Assembly: GCF_028292365.1 (NCBI RefSeq)
Contig: NZ_JAQGMM010000244.1
Span: 12,898-76,897 of the forward strand
DNA length: 64,000 nt
Source of the DNA: Caballeronia sp.
GTDB lineage: Bacteria; Pseudomonadota; Gammaproteobacteria; Burkholderiales; Burkholderiaceae
Direction: 5' to 3'
This document shows positions 19,005-28,629 of the stretch, in pieces. The notes under the pieces are model-generated. The model made no database searches. It saw only the letters and a program-made list of their open reading frames with translations, and was not told the origin of the DNA. A program made the position numbers and the translations under genes. Each line of letters begins with the position of its first letter. The stretch's first letter is position 1.

Positions 19005-19649
19005 TCATGCCGACGGCACAAACACGGTCGACTCCAGTTCGACTCCGGCGAAGAGTGGCGTTTGCGATAACTGCTGGCGGGCGCTGGAGATTGCGGCGTT
19101 CACCGCCTCTTCACCTCCGACCATCCCCTGCAGATAGATGAAGTGACTGTTAGTAATCCCGATTGTCCGTAGTGCAACTCTCAAGTAGTCGGACAAGAAA
19201 TCAGGTTGTCGCGCTTGCGGCCCTTGATGAATTCCGCCAGAACTCACGATGATGTAGGTTGGGCGATCGGCTAGCAGGCCGACTTTACCTTCGGGACCCG
19301 CCGAAAAAGAGCGTCCAATCCGTAGCACATGATCGATCCACAACTTCAGCGTCGCGGGCACGGTGAAGTTATGCATGGGCGTGGCGATCAGCAGGTGGCG
19401 GCTGCACTCCAGTTCGTCGATCAACTGCTCCGATTGCCGAAAGGCTGGGTCATCGAAGGGAGTGCGTTTTGTCAGCGCTGCCCCGTATGCAGCACTCAGC
19501 GGTGGCAGTGGATCCGCCGCGAGGTCGCGTCGATTCACGCTCATTCCCGGATGCCTTTCGCCAAGCGTTTTGAGCAGCGCGTCGGCAAAACGGTATGCAT
19601 GTGAAGCTTGTTGATTCGGGCTCGCGCTCAAGAATAAGAAGTCGTTCAT
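19005..19649 (-). CDS. FMN-dependent NADH-azoreductase (AzoR/AcpD family)
   Basis: SASP, RRDL, ATPMHNFTVPATLKLWID, SSGG. Confidence 0.9.
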   Translation of the reverse strand: MNDFLFLSASPNQQASHAYRFADALLKTLGERHPGMSVNRRDLAADPLPPLSAAYGAALTKRTPFDDPAFRQSEQLIDELECSRHLLIATPMHNFTVPATLKLWIDHVLRIGRSFSAGPEGKVGLLADRPTYIIVSSGGIHQGPQARQPDFLSDYLRVALRTIGITNSHFIYLQGMVGGEEAVNAAISSARQQLSQTPLFAGVELESTVFVPSA

Positions 19650-20122
19650 GTCGCGTCCCGTTGTAGTTGCTGAAGTTGCTGTGGTTGCTGTAGCGGCTGG
19701 ACAAAATGCATGCCGCGCGCCAACAAGCCCTGACGGAAGTAAAAGCGCTGCGCCAATGCCATATGAAGGCCGGTATCCAGGACAAAATGCTGACATCCCA
19801 GGCGCGTCGCTTCGTTGCGCACTGTCGTGATCAGGAATGCGCCGAGACCCTGCTGGCGCTCGCCCGTGTCGATGACCAGGTCGTCGACATAGACGAAGCG
19901 GCCATACACCGTGTTTTCCATGGCGCGGTAACCGATCAGTCCCGCGATTCGCTCACCCATATAGGCGGCAAGCAGCCGATACCCTTGCGCATACTGACGC
20001 GCGATCTGTTCGGCGAACGCGGCCTCGTCGGTCAGGTGAGGGCGCAGTTCGCGCATCAGCGCGAAGCCTGCCCGCTGCAGCATAGGGGTGTCCAATTCCT
20101 GAAGTTTCATGGTTGGTGCCAT
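19646..20122 (-). CDS. GNAT-family N-acetyltransferase
   Basis: LMRELRPHL, VYVDDLV...RQQGLG, LDTG...AQRFY; Gln-rich tail. Confidence 0.9.
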   Translation of the reverse strand: MAPTMKLQELDTPMLQRAGFALMRELRPHLTDEAAFAEQIARQYAQGYRLLAAYMGERIAGLIGYRAMENTVYGRFVYVDDLVIDTGERQQGLGAFLITTVRNEATRLGCQHFVLDTGLHMALAQRFYFRQGLLARGMHFVQPLQQPQQLQQLQRDAT

Positions 20123-20203
20123 CGCTGTACCTCTTTGTTTGTCATCGTTGAGGTACTTTAAGCGATTGATGTCATACACTGTAGAGCCAAGAAATGTGAA
20201 TTT

Positions 20204-20228
20204 GAGTAGGACATGCGAGTAGGACATG
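20204..20228. repeat. Direct repeat GAGTAGGACATG x2 at the MocR start (possible operator or duplicated RBS/start)
   Basis: Identical 12-mers at 20204-15 and 20217-28. Confidence 0.6.
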
Positions 20229-21650
20229 ACGAGAGAGATGACATCGCCATTCAGCCCCATCAGTGCCACTACAGACGGCCCGATTTATCGTCAGATATAT
20301 CTGCGCATTCGCCAAGCCATCGCGGACGGCGTGTTGCGGCCCGGAGACCGCGTGCCTTCGGTGCGGGGACTGGCGTCGGAATTGAATCTGGCGCGCGGCA
20401 CCGTTGAATCGGCTTATCAGCTTTTGATTGGCGAGGGCTATCTGATCGCCCGTGGGCCGGCCGGCACGGTGGTCTCACCCCAGATCAAACTGCCCGAGTC
20501 GGCTGGGCAGTCCAGCGTCGTGCCGGAGACCGCGCTGTGGTCGGAACATACCGGCTCGATGCCGCTGCCTTTGCAGATGGGCCTTCCCGCGCTGGATGCT
20601 TTCCCAAGCAAGGTCTGGAACCGCCTGGCGGCGCGTGAGATGCGCCAAAGCGGTCTTCAGGATCTGATCTATCCCGATCCCCAGGGGCACGCGCCGCTGC
20701 GTGCGGCCATCGCCGGGTACCTGGGCGTATCGCGAGGCGTTGCCTGCTCGCCGGATCAGGTCTTCATTTGCGCCGGATATCGCGCCAGTCTGGATCTGAT
20801 CTGTCGCTCTGTATTGCGCAGTGGAGACGCATGCTGGTTCGAGGATCCCGGCTATCTCATGGCGCGGCACTTCCTGAGCAATGCGGGGATGAAACTGCTG
20901 GCGGTTCCAGTCGATGACGACGGCCTGGACGTCGAGGCCGGTATCAAAATGGACCCGAATGCACGTTTTGCGTTGGTCACGCCCAGTCACCAAAGTCCGC
21001 TGGGTGTGTCGTTATCCCTTTCACGCAGATACGCGTTGCTGGACTGGGCAAGAGCCGGCGACCGCTGGATTATTGAAGACGATTACGACAGTGAATACCG
21101 GTATAGAGGGCGGCCACTTCCCGCTTTGAAAAGTCTCGATACAGGCGGGCCAGGGAGAGTGCTGTACACGGGCACCTTTAGCAAAGTACTCGCGCCGGGG
21201 TTGCGTCTATCGTATTTGGTGGTGCCGCAAGAGCAGGTAGCCCGGTTCTTTGAAACCGCTGATCGAATGCAGAATCAGTGTCCGCGTTTGCTTCAGGCGA
21301 CCCTGGCAAGGTTCATCGAAGAGGGCTATTTCGCGCGGCATATCACTAAAATGCGGAACATCTACGCGGATCGCCGCACGATGCTTGCGGATGCGCTCGG
21401 TGCCGCGTTGGGTACGCGCGCCCAGCTTCGCTTGCAAGCCGGTGGCATGCATCTTCTTGCAATGCTCGAAAACGGATCGGATGACAGTGCGATTGCGTTA
21501 CGCGCGCGAAGCCTTGGATTATCGGTGAATTCGTTGTCGAGCTGGTATAGCGGAGCAACACCGAAACGAGGACTGTTGATGGGATTCACCAATGTCGGGT
21601 CCACCGAAGAGGCGAGCGCATTGGCTCGGACTCTGCTTAGCGCCTTCTGA
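20226..21650 (+). CDS. MocR/GabR-family PLP-dependent transcriptional regulator
   Basis: GntR HTH (PSVRGLASEL...RGTV); VTPSHQSPLG, IIEDDYDSE, GTFSK. Confidence 0.95.
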   Translation: MTREMTSPFSPISATTDGPIYRQIYLRIRQAIADGVLRPGDRVPSVRGLASELNLARGTVESAYQLLIGEGYLIARGPAGTVVSPQIKLPESAGQSSVVPETALWSEHTGSMPLPLQMGLPALDAFPSKVWNRLAAREMRQSGLQDLIYPDPQGHAPLRAAIAGYLGVSRGVACSPDQVFICAGYRASLDLICRSVLRSGDACWFEDPGYLMARHFLSNAGMKLLAVPVDDDGLDVEAGIKMDPNARFALVTPSHQSPLGVSLSLSRRYALLDWARAGDRWIIEDDYDSEYRYRGRPLPALKSLDTGGPGRVLYTGTFSKVLAPGLRLSYLVVPQEQVARFFETADRMQNQCPRLLQATLARFIEEGYFARHITKMRNIYADRRTMLADALGAALGTRAQLRLQAGGMHLLAMLENGSDDSAIALRARSLGLSVNSLSSWYSGATPKRGLLMGFTNVGSTEEASALARTLLSAF

Positions 21651-21982
21651 CCGAAAGTCTAGAACACAAGGGACGAAGGGTTCGCTCATTTGCACCACTA
21701 ACCACGCGTTTTTCGTTTCGGGAAGAGAACTTAAGAGCGGGATTTTCTTTATGGAAAAATAGGGTAGAGCCGCTTGAGATCAGCTTGTTATGCAGTTGAT
21801 AAAAGCGCAGGATAATCATTTGGCGATGACCCCGCGGACGAGTTGCTGGTTCGCCGATCACCTCTTCATCGTTCCGGGTCAGGCGTGTTTGAAAAGCCAC
21901 GGGCGGCGTCAATCTCCCTGTCGCCGGCTCAACCTCCAGGTTGAGGATTCCGTGGCCATGCGTGCTTGTTAAGGAGACGCTC

Positions 21983-22249
21983 ATGACCAAATGGAAACTT
22001 ATCGTTGGTTTCGTATGCTGCTGTTGCTTGCTCGAAACCGGCAACGCCGGGATGAATGACCGGACCCAAAAGCTGCTGGAAACGCAATCGCTGAACGCGC
22101 AGCCTTCAGGCAAAGCGCCAGCGAAGAGTGGTTCTACGACAAACCCTACGACAAACATTAATACCCGCCCCAACTACGGCCCCACGCATGGCGTGTTCGA
22201 TTCGCCGGTGATCAACAAAGGCGGCGCTACCGTTCTGCCGCGAAAGTAG
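21983..22249 (+). CDS. Small hypothetical, probably secreted protein
   Basis: Strong AAGGAG RBS; basic/hydrophobic N-terminus with CCCC; Thr/Asn-rich body. Confidence 0.5.
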   Translation: MTKWKLIVGFVCCCCLLETGNAGMNDRTQKLLETQSLNAQPSGKAPAKSGSTTNPTTNINTRPNYGPTHGVFDSPVINKGGATVLPRK

Positions 22250-22602
22250 TAGTCAGCAAGCCGCGAACAAGTAGTGGGCAAGCGGACGGAATCGCAGTCG
22301 ATCCCGCCCGTCGGGTGAGTCGTACGACGAATGGATGGGCTATTTGGCGGCGTTAACGGCACGCGCTCGGCCATCCATATTTCCGGGCAAACAGAGATTC
22401 AGCATGGGACCTTCGCTGAACTGAATGTCGGCAACTTGCAATGGCTTGCATTGGGTTAACCCGCAGCAACCAACCGTCGCCAATGGCGACACTTTCAACC
22501 AGTAGTTCAGTGGCTGAAAACGCAAATTGATTGTCTTGATCGTATCACTTCTTTGCCGTGGCTCGGCTTAAGCTCCGCACATACCAACACGCGGAGACAA
22601 TC

Positions 22603-23850
22603 ATGCAACCCCTGCAAATCGATGACTTGCCCACCGCCATTCGCGAAGCGAAACGGGCGTTGCGCAACGCCTTGCCCAATTACCGCGAGGTGTTCCTTGC
22701 GGTCGAGGAAGACATCAAACAACAAGCCGGCATCATTGCAGCGCAGCGTGCTCGCGGCGAACCGGTGATTCCTGAGTTGGCCTATGCGGACGTCGCCGCG
22801 CAGCGCGTCAGTGCCGACACCATTGCGTTAATCAAGACTCGCGGTGCATGCGTGGTGCGACGCGTATTCAGTCCGGAGCTAGCCACGCAATGGGACGGGC
22901 AGATCGCCGAATACGTGGACACCAACAATCTGGACGAGCGGCTGCTGAATCGCGCGGAGGACAAGTACTTCGGCAACCTTGCGTCAAGCAAGCCGCAAAT
23001 CTACGGCGTCTACTGGTCCAAGCCGCAAGTTGCCGCGCGTCAGTCGCCTGAATTGACTGCCACCCGCGTGTTCCTCAACCGCTTGTGGAAAGCCGAGAGC
23101 GAGGGCCGTCAGCACTTTGACCCCGATCATGTGCCGGTCTACGCGGACCGCCTGCGCCGGCGTCCGCCGGGCTCGGAGTCGTTAGGATTGTCCGCCCATT
23201 GCGATGGCGGGTCCGTCGAGCGGTGGCTTGAGGAAAACTTCAGGCGGGTTTATCGGCACGTCTTTAGCGGCGACTGGAAACGCTATAACCCGTTCGACGC
23301 GGCTTATCGTCCGGACGTGAGGGAGATCGCGTCGCCCGCGGTGTGCTCGATGTTCCGGACCTTCCAGGGCTGGACTGCGCTGACACCGCAAGGGCCGGGC
23401 GATGGAACGCTGCAACTCATTCCAATCGCGAACGCCATGGCCTATGTACTGCTGCGGGCGCTTCAGGACGACGTGCCTGAGGACGACCTCTGCGGAGCCA
23501 TGCCGGGCCGCGCGTTGTCGATCAAGCCCGAGTGGCACGGCCCACTTTATGACGCGCTGTCGTCAATCCCCAAGATGCAAGCGGGAGACACCGTGTTCTG
23601 GCACAGCGACGTCATTCACGCCGTTGAGGATGCACACCGTGGCACGGGGTTTAGCAATGTCATGTACATATCGTCGGCACCGGCTTGTGCAAAAAACGAT
23701 GCCTACTTGAAGCGTCAACTACCCAGCTTCAGGGAAGGGAAAAGCCCTCCCGACTTTCCCGCCGATAACTTCGAAGTTGATTTCGTCGGACGCGCGACCG
23801 AGGCGGATTTAACGCCGCTGGGCAGAGAGCAACTCGGCCTTTCACTTTAA
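22603..23850 (+). CDS. ybiU: YbiU/DUF1479 (Gig2-like) putative Fe(II) oxygenase
   Basis: [30 protein letters not shown] (HxD), [25 protein letters not shown]. Confidence 0.88.
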   Translation: MQPLQIDDLPTAIREAKRALRNALPNYREVFLAVEEDIKQQAGIIAAQRARGEPVIPELAYADVAAQRVSADTIALIKTRGACVVRRVFSPELATQWDGQIAEYVDTNNLDERLLNRAEDKYFGNLASSKPQIYGVYWSKPQVAARQSPELTATRVFLNRLWKAESEGRQHFDPDHVPVYADRLRRRPPGSESLGLSAHCDGGSVERWLEENFRRVYRHVFSGDWKRYNPFDAAYRPDVREIASPAVCSMFRTFQGWTALTPQGPGDGTLQLIPIANAMAYVLLRALQDDVPEDDLCGAMPGRALSIKPEWHGPLYDALSSIPKMQAGDTVFWHSDVIHAVEDAHRGTGFSNVMYISSAPACAKNDAYLKRQLPSFREGKSPPDFPADNFEVDFVGRATEADLTPLGREQLGLSL

Positions 23851-24009
23851 ACAGCCTCTTACTACTTCTAGCGCTTCTTTTAACGCAGCTCGGGTCAGGT
23901 ACCCGACGCTGCGCAGACTCTCTTTGTCCGGCCAAAGCTTAAGCCAGCCAGGCCAAGCAAAGAAAATAGACGAGCCGATAAGGCTACATGTAATTCCCAG
24001 GAGACAACG

Positions 24010-25254
24010 ATGAACAAAAATCTAAAACAGGGCATGTGCGCCTTATTCAGCCTTTGTGTATGTCACGCGGCGAGCGCGGCTGAGTCCATTTCAGTGCTGC
24101 ATTGGTGGACCTCGGGCGGCGAGTCGAAAGCGGTAAGACTGCTCAAGGACGATATGACCAAACAAGGCTACGAGTGGAAAGACTTCGCGGTTGCCGGGGG
24201 TGCGGGCGCGGCTGCAATGACCGCGTTGAAAGCCCAGGTGATCTCCGGCAACGCGCCATCGGCCGCACAGATCAAAGGTCCGCTCATTCAGGATTGGGCC
24301 GACCAGGACATGCTGGTTCCAATCGACAAATCTGCGGGCGAGTGGAAGAGTCATACGCCTCCACAAATCGATGCAATCATGCGCGCCGGCGGTCATTATG
24401 TTGGGGCGCCTTTTTCCGTGCATCGAATCAACTGGCTCTGGATAAACAAGGCGGCGCTGGACAAGGTCGGAGGATCGCCGCCTGCAACATGGCCTGAATT
24501 CTTCGCACTGGCTGACAAGTTTCGCGCCGCAGGCATTACCCCGGTCGCACACGGCGGACAGCCTTGGCAGGATATGACGGTCTGGGAAACTGTCGTGCTG
24601 TCGCAAGGCCCCGACTTCTACAAGAAGGCGCTGGTCGACCTTGACCAGAAGACGCTGACTTCGCCACAAATGGTCCAAGTGTTCGAGACGGTCAAGAAGA
24701 TCGAGTCGTACTTCGACAAAGGCTACGCAGGCCGGGACTGGAATCTGGCAACCGCAATGGTGATCAACGGTACGGGCGGCATGCAGTTCATGGGCGACTG
24801 GGCCAAAGGCGAGTTCGAAAATGCAAACAAGAAGCCCGGTGTTGATTACGTCTGCGCTGTCGCGCCAGGCACGTCCAGCGCATTCACTTACACCGTGGAC
24901 TCCTTTGTATTTTTTCAACAGAAGGGCTCAAAAGAAGCAACGCCGGGTCAGCTCGCATTAGCCAGGACCATCATGTCACCCGATTTTCAACAACAGTTCA
25001 GCCTGTACAAAGGTTCGATCCCGATCCGGCAGGATGTATCAATGGACAAGTTTGACGACTGCGCCAAGAAGTCGTACGCCGACGAACAAAGGACGATCAA
25101 GTCAGGCGGTTTCCTGCCATCGCTTGCATTTGGCATGGTGCAGTCGACCGTGACCGCCGGCGCCATGTCCGATGCCATCAGCAAGTTCATGAACTCCAAT
25201 GAGGATGCGAAGACCGGTGTTCAGGCACTGGCTGCGGCAGCTAAAGTCAAATGA
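24010..25254 (+). CDS. ABC sugar-binding protein (glucose-binding GtsA-like)
   Basis: Signal peptide; VLHWWTSGGE, AVAGGAG, HRINW, RDWN, QFMGDWAKGE. Confidence 0.92.
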   Translation: MNKNLKQGMCALFSLCVCHAASAAESISVLHWWTSGGESKAVRLLKDDMTKQGYEWKDFAVAGGAGAAAMTALKAQVISGNAPSAAQIKGPLIQDWADQDMLVPIDKSAGEWKSHTPPQIDAIMRAGGHYVGAPFSVHRINWLWINKAALDKVGGSPPATWPEFFALADKFRAAGITPVAHGGQPWQDMTVWETVVLSQGPDFYKKALVDLDQKTLTSPQMVQVFETVKKIESYFDKGYAGRDWNLATAMVINGTGGMQFMGDWAKGEFENANKKPGVDYVCAVAPGTSSAFTYTVDSFVFFQQKGSKEATPGQLALARTIMSPDFQQQFSLYKGSIPIRQDVSMDKFDDCAKKSYADEQRTIKSGGFLPSLAFGMVQSTVTAGAMSDAISKFMNSNEDAKTGVQALAAAAKVK

Positions 25255-25313
25255 GGTCAAATGAACTCAAGTGAGCGCAGCGGCTTGGCCGCACTGCTTA
25301 AACAGGAGAAGAA

Positions 25314-26333
25314 ATGAACGCTGACATGAAAAAGACCTGGCCACGCTCGAAGCTGGACGTGACGGTGATGGGGTTTGGTGCATCGCCCATTGGCAACCTC
25401 GCGCGGCCGATCTCGGAAGAGACAAGCGCCGCGCTGATTCAAGCGGCATGGAATGCGGGTATTCGTTATTTCGACACAGCGCCAATGTATGGCCATGGCC
25501 TTAGCGAAGCGCGTTGTGGTCAGGGACTTCGCTGGTATCCGCGTGATGAGTTTGTCATTTCCACGAAGGTCGGCCGTCTGCTAAAGGCGGCCAGGAGATC
25601 GGATATCGACTTTAGCCCCTGGGCAAGCGGGCTGCCGTTTGAGCTGCGTTTCGATTACAGCTATGACGGCACGATGCGTTCCATCGAAGATAGCCTGCAG
25701 CGTCTGGGACTGGAACGAATAGATATCGCGCTGATTCACGACATAGACAATTTTACGCATGGCCCGCGGAATCAGCCGGCGGTCTTTAATACAGCCATGT
25801 CGGGTGCGGCCAAGGCCCTGATTCGTCTAAGGGACGAGGGTGTGGTGCAAGCGATTGGCGTAGGCGTCAACGAATGGGAGGTCGCTTACGAGGCCATCAA
25901 GCGGGTTGATTTCGACTGTCTGTTATTAGCCGGCCGATACACGTTGCTGGAGCAGGATTCACTCGACGGGTTCCTTCCGGCTTGCGAGAAGCAAAAGGTT
26001 TCGGTCATCCTGGGGGGCTGCTATAACAGCGGCATATTGGCGACCGGTGCAATCCCCGGCGCGCGATACAACTATGCGCCTGCATCGGATGAAATAGTTG
26101 CTCGCGTTAGAAAAATCGAGGCGGTTTGCGATGAATTCAAGATTCCGCTCAAAGCTGCCGCGTTGCAATTCGCGTTGGCGCATCCCGCGATAGCCACCAA
26201 TATCCCGGGCGTCAGAACAGTCGCGCAGTTGGAGGACAACATCGAGACGTTCAAGGTGGAGATTCCGGCAGCGTTCTGGGCTGCACTGCGAACGAACCGG
26301 CTTATCCGTGAAGACGCTCCACTTCCCGCATAA
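25314..26333 (+). CDS. Aldo/keto reductase (D-threo-aldose/L-fucose/pyridoxal dehydrogenase-like)
   Basis: FDTAPMYGHG, STKVGRL, FDYSYDG, SLQRLG, IHD, LAGRYTLL. Confidence 0.9.
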   Translation: MNADMKKTWPRSKLDVTVMGFGASPIGNLARPISEETSAALIQAAWNAGIRYFDTAPMYGHGLSEARCGQGLRWYPRDEFVISTKVGRLLKAARRSDIDFSPWASGLPFELRFDYSYDGTMRSIEDSLQRLGLERIDIALIHDIDNFTHGPRNQPAVFNTAMSGAAKALIRLRDEGVVQAIGVGVNEWEVAYEAIKRVDFDCLLLAGRYTLLEQDSLDGFLPACEKQKVSVILGGCYNSGILATGAIPGARYNYAPASDEIVARVRKIEAVCDEFKIPLKAAALQFALAHPAIATNIPGVRTVAQLEDNIETFKVEIPAAFWAALRTNRLIREDAPLPA

Positions 26334-26379
26334 CCCCGTCTATCGTCTATTCGCCTATATAACGTCCGGGGGGATTTCA

Positions 26380-26826
26380 GTGCTAGTTCATAGCAGCATT
26401 AGCAATGCGGAAGCGGCTTCTGCAATCGAGCGCATGCGGCAGGCGCTTGAGGAAATTGATGCAGCCGCTGTGCTTGCGGTTAGCGATGCACATGGCGAAT
26501 TGATCGCGCTTCTACGGATGGATGGGGCGCCACTGCCTTCCATAGCTGTCGTGCAAGCCAAGGCCTTTACAGCGGCTCGACAACGAATTCGCACCCGTCA
26601 ACTGGCATTGGATGCCAAGGCGGGGGGCTGGAGCTTGTCCTACTACGGAGATCCGCGTTATATCGGCTGGGCGGGTGGCTTACCCGTTCTGATAGAGGGG
26701 AAGGTCGCCGGCGCGGTTGCGGTCAGCGGCTTATCCGAAGATGACGACGAGCGAATCGCGCAGCTTGGTGTTGATGCGGTTATCGCCATGCAAGCAGCGG
26801 CACGCAAGCGGTCTACCGTGAAATGA
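26380..26826 (+). CDS. GlcG/HbpS-family heme-binding protein
   Basis: AVSDAHGELIALLRMDGA, AKAFTA, GGLPV...GAVAVSG...DERIA. Confidence 0.88.
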   Translation: MLVHSSISNAEAASAIERMRQALEEIDAAAVLAVSDAHGELIALLRMDGAPLPSIAVVQAKAFTAARQRIRTRQLALDAKAGGWSLSYYGDPRYIGWAGGLPVLIEGKVAGAVAVSGLSEDDDERIAQLGVDAVIAMQAAARKRSTVK

Positions 26827-27023
26827 CAGAAGCGAGGTCCGGCTTTGAAAAGTCGCAGAGCCGTCTCGCGAGGTCGGCCACCATCGAGTAGAGCGGCCGT
26901 CCCAAGGACATGTTGCACGAGATGTCGCGCGGGATCTTTGATGGTTTCAACGCGGGGCGCGCCGTTCGGGAATGTAATGTAACGCTGCTAGGATTCCAAT
27001 TCCCTTCCACCTCATATCGTCAT

Positions 27024-27161
27024 ATGAAAAAGACCATTCTCGCCGTAATCACCGCCGCTCTTACGCTTGGCGCCTTTACATCCGCTTTCGCAGAGGATCA
27101 CCATCACCGCGTATGTCACAAAGTGAAGGTGCATGGCCACTGGCAAAACCGCTGCCATTAA
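27024..27161 (+). CDS. Small secreted His-rich (HHHH-motif-type) peptide
   Basis: Signal peptide ending in AFA, then EDHHHRVCHKVKVHGHWQNRCH; followed by a GC hairpin. Confidence 0.8.
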   Translation: MKKTILAVITAALTLGAFTSAFAEDHHHRVCHKVKVHGHWQNRCH

Positions 27162-27308
27162 CTGATGCTAGGGGCGGCGCCTGCCGCCCTAAGACGATAC
27201 GCCGCCGCGTCTAACGGTGACGTTTCCTTAAACCACTCGATCCACTCCCGCCGAACACCATCAAAAACGAGGCGCAGATTTTACCCGCGCGCCGATATTA
27301 CGTATGGC

Positions 27309-27932
27309 TTAGGCTTTAGCGAACGCGGTTAGCGCCCCCGCTGCGATCAACACGACACCGCTTACCCGACTCGCGGCACTGGCCCATTTTCGATTGGCGG
27401 CGAATCCCTGACTTGTCGCGCCGAGCCACGCATAGAAAGAATAGGAACAGAGGTCAAGCAGCACCGTAGTCAGGCCGAAGATCAGCATTTGAAGCCAGAT
27501 CGGTCGGTGCACGTCGACGAACTGCGGTAGTAGCGCGACGAAAAAGAGTAGTGCTTTCGGGTTCGCCAACTCAACCATCAGGCCCTGGCTCAACGCACGC
27601 TGACCGCTGACCGCCGCAATGCCCGCAGGCTGGATGGTCAGCGCACTCGACCGGTTCAATAAAGCACGAACGCCGAGATACACGAGATAGGCAACCCCGG
27701 CCCATTTCACCGCATTAAACACGGTGTGGCTCGTGACGATCAGCGCCGCGAGACCGGTCGCCGATAAAGCGAAATAAATTGAATTGGCGAGCGCGATCCC
27801 GGCGATGGCCCAGTAACTGCGTCGCACGCCGTTGGAGACGCCTTGGGCGACAACGAGAAGGGCTGCAACGCCGGGCGTGAGGCAGACGAGACCCGTTGTC
27901 GCGATGAAGATCAGCCAGATTTTCAGGTGCAT
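27309..27932 (-). CDS. LysE/RhtB-family amino acid exporter
   Basis: LTPG, KWAGVAYLVYLG, LANPKALLFF...PQF. Confidence 0.92.
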   Translation of the reverse strand: MHLKIWLIFIATTGLVCLTPGVAALLVVAQGVSNGVRRSYWAIAGIALANSIYFALSATGLAALIVTSHTVFNAVKWAGVAYLVYLGVRALLNRSSALTIQPAGIAAVSGQRALSQGLMVELANPKALLFFVALLPQFVDVHRPIWLQMLIFGLTTVLLDLCSYSFYAWLGATSQGFAANRKWASAASRVSGVVLIAAGALTAFAKA

Positions 27933-28056
27933 ATCGAGTCTCGTACGATGGGAGATTTACTTATAATCTATCGCATCATCATGGTTTTTATAACAAGCAT
28001 TCAATGGTATTTTCCAGGAAAACCCGATCATTGATCGGATTTATCGGGGGTTTTCC

Positions 28057-28509
28057 ATGAATACCAAAATCGACCATCACGACCGCAAAATCCTCGAGCT
28101 TTTGCAGCAGGACGCGCGCGTGTCGCATGCTGAAATTGGCCGGCGCGTACACCTCAGCCAGCCAGCCGTGTCTGAGCGAATCAAGCGGCTGGAGGTGCAG
28201 GGTGTTATAGGGGGTTATCGTGCGTGGGTTGACCCGGCAAAGCTCGGCTATACGATCACCGCGATGATCCGTGTGCAGGCTCAGGCGGGGCGGCCGTATG
28301 AAGCGTTTGCCCGCGAGCGCCCCGAAGTCATCGAATGCCTGACGGTGACGGGCGACGACTGTGCGCTGCTGCGTGTGCTCGCGACCGACGTGCAACATTT
28401 GCAGGGCATCATTGATGCACTGAATACCTATGGCACGACCTCGACGGCGATCGTGCTGTCGACGCAGGTCGCGCACAAGCCGGTCAGGCCTCCGCTACAA
28501 GGCGAGTGA
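28057..28509 (+). CDS. Lrp/AsnC-family regulator
   Basis: DRKILELLQQDAR...LSQPAVSERIKRLE; VTGD. Confidence 0.95.
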   Translation: MNTKIDHHDRKILELLQQDARVSHAEIGRRVHLSQPAVSERIKRLEVQGVIGGYRAWVDPAKLGYTITAMIRVQAQAGRPYEAFARERPEVIECLTVTGDDCALLRVLATDVQHLQGIIDALNTYGTTSTAIVLSTQVAHKPVRPPLQGE

Positions 28510-28629
28510 GATTAGGATAACGATCAATTCTGATTTCGACCGGCTCCTTCCTTTGATCAACCGGCCACTTCACCAGCGCGGACGCCGCCTGGCTGACGGT
28601 TTTCCTTGGTTCGAAGGAACCGTCCGTTG

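Noticed and set aside
19655-19700. Degenerate CAGCAAC repeat encoding the GNAT Gln-rich tail
   Set aside because: Short, imperfect low-complexity tail with no sign of function.
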